Assembly: GCF_006345805.1 (NCBI RefSeq)
Contig: NC_042997.1
Span: 164,858,001-164,922,000 of the forward strand
Length of the DNA stretch: 64,000 bases
Reading direction: 5' to 3'
Source: Octopus sinensis
Lineage: Eukaryota
The notes under the pieces are model-generated. The model was not told the DNA's origin, did not search any database, and saw only the letters and a list, made by a program, of their open reading frames with translations. The translations under genes and the position numbers were made by a program. Shown in pieces: positions 55,571 through 64,000 of the stretch. Positions within the stretch are counted from its first letter, which is position 1; each line of letters begins with the position of its first letter.

Positions 55571-55734
55571 TGTGATGGGTAAACAGCCAACAATTCGGTT
55601 GACTGAGATCAAAAGAAGGAATTATAAAACTGACACCTATCTTTTTTAAAAAGATGAATTTTCTTTGGAGATACTAAATCTGCGTTCCTTTCCTGCGTGA
55701 CTGCCATTTTAAACCAGTCTGCATTTAGAAGCAA

Positions 55735-56130
55735 ATGCTAAAGGAGAACGAACATTCAGCCATCTTTTGCGTATGGACGACATCGAGTTGTACACTGCAG
55801 ATAGTAGAAAATAATTGGAAACACTGCTAGAGATAGTACACGGATTGACTAGGAGAATTGACTGATATTAGAAAATACATAAAGAAAGCAAAAAATATGA
55901 GAATTATGTGAAGTAGAGACTTTATAACTTCTTTGGAATAAATAAACTAATTGGAGTACAGCACACATATGTGAAAAAGTTGGTTAGGAAGGAATTAGAT
56001 AAATACTCAAAACTGAGTTGAATGCAGAAATATACAGTAATATGCATCAGCACTGTAGCTGTCCCAGACAAGATACAACATTTTCGTGCTGATATTAAAT
56101 GAACTCGTGAAACGAGACAGAAAAACAAGA
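55735..56130 (+). mobile_element. R4/Dong-like non-LTR RT remnant
   Basis: FSHLLRMDDIELY..LETLLEIV and ILKTELNA resemble the ISHLLYMDDLKLY and ILKTELN motifs of this group; heavily decayed. Confidence 0.55.
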
Positions 56131-56747
56131 AAAATAAAGACTGCAAATATACCACGGTATATATGATATAGTAAGTTTACATAGTCGTTGAATGCAAGGA
56201 GGTTGGGAGCTTTAGTAATTAGAAGCTTATCTCCAATATCGACTGTAGGATAACAAATATATTTAGTGAAAAATAATAGGAAACTAATAGAAATAGCTAT
56301 AAAATACGAACGAAACAAAACTGATTCCTGTCTTCAAGGAAATTCACGAATATAAAACAGAAGTCGAAGTAATAGTCATAACGAGAGAGAAGAAACAATA
56401 GAAATTAGGAAAAGACTTGGAAAACGGGGGCTCAAGGAATGTTATTCTCAAACGATGTTAAGAAAAGTCAATAAATCTCCAATATCTGCCAATAAAGAAG
56501 AAAAAAGGATGAGAAATAAAGTAAAATCGATTGAGAAGCGCGGTACTCGAGGTTGAGGAGGAAAGTTATTCACATACACACACACACAATTTTGGTGAGT
56601 CAATTTCTTGCTATACGAGTTTTGCCAAAGAGTTTTCAGGCGCCTGAAACCTCATGCACACACTGGTGAAACTCACTGCAGCAATATATTCTAAAATATA
56701 TTATGGTATCGGGTGTCCTTTTTTCCGACACTCATTAGTAAATAGGA

Positions 56748-56792
<45 letters not shown>

Positions 56793-56804
56793 TGTGTGTG
56801 TGTG

Positions 56805-56849
<45 letters not shown>

Positions 56850-57009
56850 CAATTGTACTAAAAACTAATCCATTCTTGTTGCTTCTTTTCTCGTTTATAA
56901 TCACCCCACACTACTGTATTGGTTAACACCATATAGTTTTCTGGTGCATCTAAGTTAAGTACCATACTCAAGTGAATTCATTAGAATTGACATGAATCTT
57001 AATTGTTTT

Positions 57010-57092
<83 letters not shown>

Positions 57093-57111
57093 ATACATAT
57101 ATGTATATGAC

Positions 57112-57745
57112 CATGATGGTCCTCTGGCGGGCATTCGTCCTCAGCTGCCTGGATTACTGCTCACTGATATAGTCACCCACCAGTGTGAAATTAACAGTGG
57201 ACCTTGAAGCAAACCAGAGAAGATTCACAAAGAAGATCGTCTCTTTGCAACAGCTCAGCTACTGGGAAAGGCTGAAACAGCTAAGACTCTACTCTCTGGA
57301 GCAAAGGTGGGTGAGGTATGCAGTAATATATATCTGGAAGATCCTGGAAGGAATTGTGCCAAATTTTGGCATTGAAAGCTAAACTAATGATGAACGGGAC
57401 GACACTTCATAGTGCCAAAGACCCCAGCAACGCCATCGCGCTTCAGGACCAGTTACTGTAACAGCCTGGTATTCAGGGGCCCACAGCTTTTTAATATTCT
57501 CCCAAAGAGCCCGAGGAACCTGCGCAAAGTAGATGTAGGCGTTTTTAAATCAAAGCTGGACTTCTTCCTGTCGAGAGTCCTAGATGAACCTGCCTTACAG
57601 CAAGAGGTGCAAATGAGGGTAGCTACATCAAACTCCATTCTTCACCAAGTGCCACATATTTAAGGAGGCTCTCAGTAATAACAGTGTAGCAAAATGGCGG
57701 TGCATCAGCATGGTCGCAGCTCTGAGCTCTGAAACTAGAAAGAAA
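57112..57745 (+). mobile_element. CR1/L2-group LINE 3' fragment with tail
   Basis: [50 protein letters not shown]; ends GGCGGTGCATCAGCATGGTCGCAGCTCTGAGCTCTGAAAC. Confidence 0.85.
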
Positions 57746-57776
57746 TATAATATATATATATTATATATATATATAA

Positions 57777-57814
<38 letters not shown>

Positions 57815-58666
57815 TATATATGTATATATATATATGCACACATATATATTATAATTATATTATGTAAATATAAATATTTATATATATATGTATACATATG
57901 TATATATATATATTATTTATATATATCAGTAATATATATATAAGAATATATATATATATATGTAATATATAGTTAATATATATATAGTATATATAAATAT
58001 GTATATATATATAAATATATATATTATACATATGTATGTATATATATATATATATATATATATGTAAATATTATATATAAATATATATATATATATGTAT
58101 ATATATATAAATATAATATATATATAATATATAAATAGTATATATATATAAATATATATATAAACATATGTATGTATTATATTATATAAATATATATATA
58201 CATTTATGTAAATATAGATATATATATAATATAATATATATATATACATATGCATGTACTATACATATATATATATAAATATTATATATACATATGCATG
58301 TGAATATACATATATATATATAAATATATATATATACATATGCATGTAAATATCACATTATATATATAAATATATAATATAAATATGCAGTAAATATACA
58401 TATATAAATATATATATATATATACATATGTATGTAAATATATATATATAATATATATAATATATATAAATATATATATATATAATATATTGTATGTAAA
58501 TATAATATATATAATATCATTATAATACATATGTATGTAAATATATATATATATATATAACTATATATATTCTACTATATATATATATATCTATATATAT
58601 ATATATATGTAACTATATATATATTATATATATATATATATATTATATTAAATATATATATATATG

Positions 58667-58709
<43 letters not shown>

Positions 58710-58741
58710 TATATATATATGTAAATATATATATATATGTA

Positions 58742-58828
<87 letters not shown>

Positions 58829-58840
58829 TACATATACGTA
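57746..58840. repeat. (TA)n-rich low-complexity tract
   Basis: Directly visible. Confidence 0.95.
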
Positions 58841-58844
58841 TATA

Positions 58845-59068
58845 AAGCTCCACGAGGCTCCGGCAGGTGATGGCGATCCCTGCTGTACTCTTTCGCCACA
58901 ACTTTCTCCCACTCTTTCTTCTGTGGGCCTGCTCGCTTAGCCAGGGGTGTGGCGTTATTTGAAGGCTAAAACAATGCGAAGCGCATTGTGACCAGCGATG
59001 TTTAGCGACATCTGATAGGCTGGTCGGTCACGGTGAGCACGGTGATATCTCTATCATAGATAATGTCG
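58845..59068 (+). mobile_element. Probable retroposon tail with nested hairpin
   Basis: GC-richer island; GTGACC/GGTCAC, GACCAGC/GCTGGTC and GATGT/ACATC complementarities. Family not assigned. Confidence 0.35.
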
Positions 59069-59120
59069 CTCAATGTTGATTGAGTTGCTTGAAGGTGGTT
59101 CTGTCTCTTAAACCTATCTA

Positions 59121-60401
59121 CGAGGGGCGTTCAATAAGTAATGCCCCTGACCCACTTCCATAGCAGTAGAGCAACGAAACTTGGCACAGTTATTAGTCTT
59201 TTTCTACATAGGAACCACCCAGAGTACGCATTTCTCCCATTGTTTGATGCAGCTCTGGAGACCGTTTTTTGTAGAAGACCCCAGCTTGGTCCTCCAACCT
59301 GACGTGACTTCAGAAATCAAGGCTGCATCATCTGGGAAACGCTTTCCTTTCAAAAACACTTCATGACTGGAAGAGGTTGAAAATCAGAGGGTGCAAGGTC
59401 AGGAAAGTAGGGGATGGGGGAGGAGTTCATAGCCATACGCCTGTGCTTCTTCTGATCTGCGACAAGCGAGTTGTGGACCGGAGCGTTGTCCTGCAGGAGG
59501 AGGATTCTTTGCTGATCTTGCCCCGCCTCTTGATTTTGATAACTTCTCTTAATTTCCTCAAAAGTGAAGCATAATAGGCTCCTGCAATTGTGGTACCCTT
59601 TGCCAGGAAATCTGTCATCACTACTCCGTCCTGGTCCCAGAAGACTGTGAGCATGACCTTGCCAGTGGAGGGCTGCACCCTTGCCTTCTTTGGAGGGGGT
59701 GAGTCACAGTGCTTCCACTGCATTGACTGGGCTTTGGTCTCTGGATCATCGTGATGGACCCAGGTTTCATCCTGTGTAATCAGTCTTTTGAAAAATTTTG
59801 ACTCATCTTCTTGGCACATCTCCAAATTCACCCTCGAGCACTCGACGCGTTCTTGCTTCTGGAAAGGCGTGAGCAACCTGGGAATCCATCTGGCAGACAC
59901 CTTTTGCATATGCAAATGGTCATGAATGATAGTTTCCACAAGACCCGGTACTATCTTGACCTCATGGGCTATTTGGCGAATAATTATGCGTCGATCTTCC
60001 AAAATGGCAGCCTCAACTTTACGGACAGATGCCTCATCAATGGCAGAAGGGGCGACCAGATCTGGGAGCTGTTTCCACAGAGTTCCGACCATGTTTGAAT
60101 TCACGATGCCAGCGATTTACAAGGTCATATGATGGGGCATCATCACCATAAGTTACTTTCATTTCATCAAAAGTCTCCCGTGGTGTGCGTCCTTTCAAAT
60201 ACAAAAACCGGATCACTGCTCGACACTCAACAGGCTCAATTTCACACGACTCGGTTCAAACACCTGTAAATCAGAAACCACAATTCAGAGCTGTAATTTG
60301 CCACTTACTCTATAGAGATATAAATGATTGCACATGCAAAATTTCAGCTAGATCCAACAACTGCAAGTGGGTCAGAGGCATTACTTATTGAACGTCCCTC
60401 G
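59121..60401 (-). mobile_element. Full-length mariner (Tc1/mariner, irritans-like TIR)
   Basis: 25-bp TIRs CGAGGGGCGTTCAATAAGTAATGCC / reverse complement CGAGGGACGTTCAATAAGTAATGCC; TA TSD at 59119-20 and 60402-03; 1281 bp. Confidence 0.95.
59193..60240 (-). pseudogene. Mariner transposase, frameshifted
   Basis: RAVIRFLYLKG, RWHREFKHG, PRSGRP, VSARWIPRLLT, ITQDETWVHH, QDNAPVHN, PDLAPSDF, YVEKD-stop; start codon degenerate and several frameshifts. Confidence 0.9.
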
Positions 60402-60447
<46 letters not shown>

Positions 60448-60456
60448 CATATATAT

Positions 60457-60513
<57 letters not shown>

Positions 60514-60614
60514 TGTGTGTGTGTGTGTGGTGTGTATGTGTGTGTGTATACCCATATATATTCATATATACGACGTTCCGACATCGTTCGTGCGTTTCTG
60601 CGGGTTTTAAAATT

Positions 60615-60760
60615 TTAGGGTTAAGGTTTTAGGGTTAGGTTTAGGGTGTTACGGTTAGGATGTCAGGGTTGGTGTTTTAGGGTGTTACGGTTAGGATGTC
60701 AGGGTTGGTGTTTTAGGGTTAGGGTTAGGGTGTTAGAGTTAAGGTTTTAGGGTTAGGGTT
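60615..60760 (+). repeat. Interstitial degenerate TTAGGG array with a 36-bp duplication
   Basis: TTAGGG/TTAGG units; TTAGGGTGTTACGGTTAGGATGTCAGGGTTGGTG at 60641 and 60677. Confidence 0.85.
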
Positions 60761-61041
60761 GTCATAAATAACAGTGACAAACGAAATATACACCACCGGA
60801 AGTTGTTGACAAACAACAGCAGTAATTTTATTCAGCTGAATACACGTCATTGATTGGTTGAAGTTACCGAAATAGGACAACTTTAACGTGAAATAACTTC
60901 GTAAATATAAGTTTTTCTCAAAAATGGTAAGAGTAAAACATGTTTTATATGACACATTCTGCCAATATCCGAAGTTTAAAAGTGCTTAGTTACAAAAAAT
61001 TATTTTTTAAATATGTAGGTCAAAAGGTAAAGATCCGAAAT

Positions 61042-61580
<539 letters not shown>

Positions 61581-61594
61581 CAACACACACCTTC

Positions 61595-61651
<57 letters not shown>

Positions 61652-62126
61652 CACACTTTCTATCTCGCACCCACCATCAACATATATACACGTCCCTGTT
61701 ATTTTCTTTCTCTTTCACTTTATGCTGACATCAAACGAAATGTACGTTTCCACGACAAAAAAACAAATAAAAATTTTTTTACGGAATTTATCGAACGCTG
61801 TACCTTAACAGCTGATAGATCATTGACAACTCTGTAACTCAAAACAAAGTATAGTCCTCGCCGAATCTTATCTCCTGCCATAAAATCTTCGATGATAAAA
61901 TGATATCAGAAATAAATCACTGCTTTAATCCCCACCACAAAAAAACCTAACATCCAATTAGTGGAACACCTCAAAGCAACAACTCAAATGGGATAAAGAG
62001 TACACGTATCACAACAACAATAACACCAAGTGTGTGTGTGTGTATAGACTTATAATATATCTCATTGTTAAGAAAATTTTACACAATTATTCAATAAAAC
62101 TCAAATGAGATAAAGAGAACACACTT

Positions 62127-62480
62127 TATCCGCTTAAACAGTGCAACGGGACCCACTTGGTAGTCAAGTCCCTGACGCCCCACTTTACTGAGGCCACCAT
62201 TGTTACGGGGTGCGAAAGGGGGGAATGTTTTCATTTCAAGGATGCACTTTTATCCCTCGGGGTCAGACATGCCGTCTAACTTCCGCAGATCGCAGTTTCC
62301 GGTGAGGCCATGCTTCGCCATGTCCATCAACAAATCCCAAGGCCAAACACTATCGGTGGTAGGCATCCATTTGGGGGAGCCTTGCTTTTCACATGGGCAA
62401 TTATGTGGCCTTCTCCCGCTCTTTTTATGTATGCTCCTCAGGGCAGAACACGCATTGTTGTCTATAGCGAAGTTTTATAG
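62127..62480 (+). pseudogene. Helitron PIF1-like helicase C-terminal remnant
   Basis: CNGTHLVVKSL..EATIVTG / VFISRM..FRRSQFPVRPCFAMSINKSQGQTL..LGEPCFSHGQL / YVAFSR..RTRIVVYSEVL-stop. Confidence 0.9.
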
Positions 62481-62717
62481 ACGTAGAAAGAAGAACAAGT
62501 CATCACTGCAGCCCATGTGGTTATAAACAGGTGATCCGGAAGTATTGGCTGGATATATTCTCAAACCATGGCAAACATGACTCATGACAATAATGCTCAC
62601 TCGGCCAATATCAGCGCTTGGCCAAGCTGCTCATAGAGTTAGGCTAGAAGGGCCAGCCCCCTTACTTTTTTTGTTAAGGCTGTTAGTAAGTTTTCCAAAG
62701 TTACTCCAATCCGGATC

Positions 62718-62917
62718 CCCAGTGCAAACCTTCGAATCAACCTTCTTCAATGCAGATCTTTAATGCAACCTTATCCAATCCAAATCTTTGAGTCAACCGT
62801 CTTCACTGCAGATCTCCAATGCATACTTATCCAGTGCAAACTTTCGATGTAACCTTCTCCAATATAGACATTCGATGCAGATCTCCAAGGCAACCTTCTC
62901 CAATGCATATCTTCGAC
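62718..62917. repeat. Degenerate 28-bp minisatellite
   Basis: About 6-7 units of CAACCTTCTCCAATGCAGATCTTCGATG-like sequence. Confidence 0.75.
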
Positions 62918-63254
62918 CGATAGTACACCTAGGAGGGGTTAGGACTGGATTGGGATTGGTCGCTGCCTTTTAGAGGCTCCCGAGCCCCTTTTCGCTAGGT
63001 TAGCTTAGACTTAGGTTAAGGCTTAGTTGTGATCCGAACATAACCTCTTCTGACACAGAGGATTGGGAGCCCTTTTGGGCGTTATATTTTCCTTACCGGA
63101 AGGGTTCCAAACTCATGGACTAAGGAGGGGTTAGATGATGATGAGGGGTTCGAAAGGGTCGGCATGTGCAACCTGATCACTTCTGCCGGTCAAGCTCTCA
63201 ACCCATGCGTTCTCGTCGTGACACTGATTCTGCAGAATTGGGTTGGGTGTGATA

Positions 63255-63752
63255 ACTAACTTTAAAGTATAAATATAGATTTTTTGAATCAGTAACGTCG
63301 TGGTCGGTTAAGTCCTTTTTGGGGTGAAAAATGAACAAACTGATTCATTATGGGGTTTTCTATTCAATCACGATGAAAAATCAATAAACCGATTCCTTAT
63401 AGGATTTCCAACTAAAATTGGCTACACCCCGTTTCCAACAATATCTTTTACCAATTTTGACGTATTTTGCTCAAACTTTATGCTGGCGTTGCTTAGGACT
63501 TATGGAATCTTTGAATGCTCTCATTTCTCAAAAAAAAAAAAAAATCGATGAGTGGAAAAGTCGATAAACCGATTCCTTATGGGGTTTTCCCAATAAAATT
63601 GTCTGCAACCTATTCTCAGCCTAACGTTTACCAATTTCAATGGATTTCGCTCAAATTTGACGTCAGTGTAACTTAGTTTGGTTTGAAACAAAGTGCTTGA
63701 TTAGCTTAATAATCCTAACTTAATCCCGGGCAACGCCGGGCTAAACTGCTAT
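63255..63752. mobile_element. Helitron termini: minus-strand 5' end at 63279 and plus-strand 3' end at 63752
   Basis: Minus A|TCTATATTTATACTTTAAAG at 63279; plus CCCGG-GCAACG-CCGGG hairpin at 63725-63740 followed by CTGCTAT (a CTAG variant). Confidence 0.6.
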
Positions 63753-63757
63753 TTCAA

Positions 63758-63789
<32 letters not shown>

Positions 63790-64000
63790 CATTTCACTTT
63801 CTACTTTTAAAGGACTGACGTTCGAAGCGTAAGGTCTCTTCCTGCAAAGCGTTAAGTTAATACAGTATTAGTTTTAACACTGACTATCCTGTGTTGTATT
63901 GTATTTTTTCATTTATTGTTCATTGCATATATTACTGCTTTCATTGCACTCTTTGCCAGTGATGATACTAATATATTTCTGTCGCAGAAAATATCTCTTG

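Noticed and set aside
62718-62917. CRISPR-like array
   Set aside because: Contiguous degenerate 28-bp units without unique spacers, no cas genes, eukaryotic context.

Overview
This is AT-rich, microsatellite-dense eukaryotic intronic or intergenic DNA. The tRNA-derived SINE families and the (TA)n/(CA)n load point to a cephalopod, probably Octopus (inference from recalled repeat families). No complete host gene is recognisable, and nearly all ORFs in the supplied track are microsatellite translations. Supported content: (1) non-LTR retroelements, namely a 5'-truncated but near-complete CR1/L2-group ORF2 (45.8-48.7 kb), other CR1/L2-group fragments, two Penelope-like RT remnants, and HERO-like and R4/Dong-like remnants; (2) DNA transposons, namely a full-length mariner with TIRs and TA TSD, a long-TIR mariner derivative, a Tigger/pogo remnant, two hAT MITEs with perfect 8-bp TSDs, a hAT transposase remnant, Helitron-type elements plus a helicase remnant, and a foldback element; (3) many SINE copies from at least three families; (4) a 100-N gap. 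The most interesting signals are RNA-structural. There are several minimal hammerhead ribozyme motifs, one inside a composite tRNA-head/(AAT)n/hammerhead element. A CATGGCC-stem-loop-GAAAC 3' end is shared, with different but still pairing stems, across LINE and SINE families. A 165-nt multi-helix, pseudoknot-like island is unexplained. A few + strand exon candidates, including a 15-nt microexon, may belong to an unidentified host gene. Family assignments come from remembered motifs, not database searches, and the boundaries of degraded elements are approximate.
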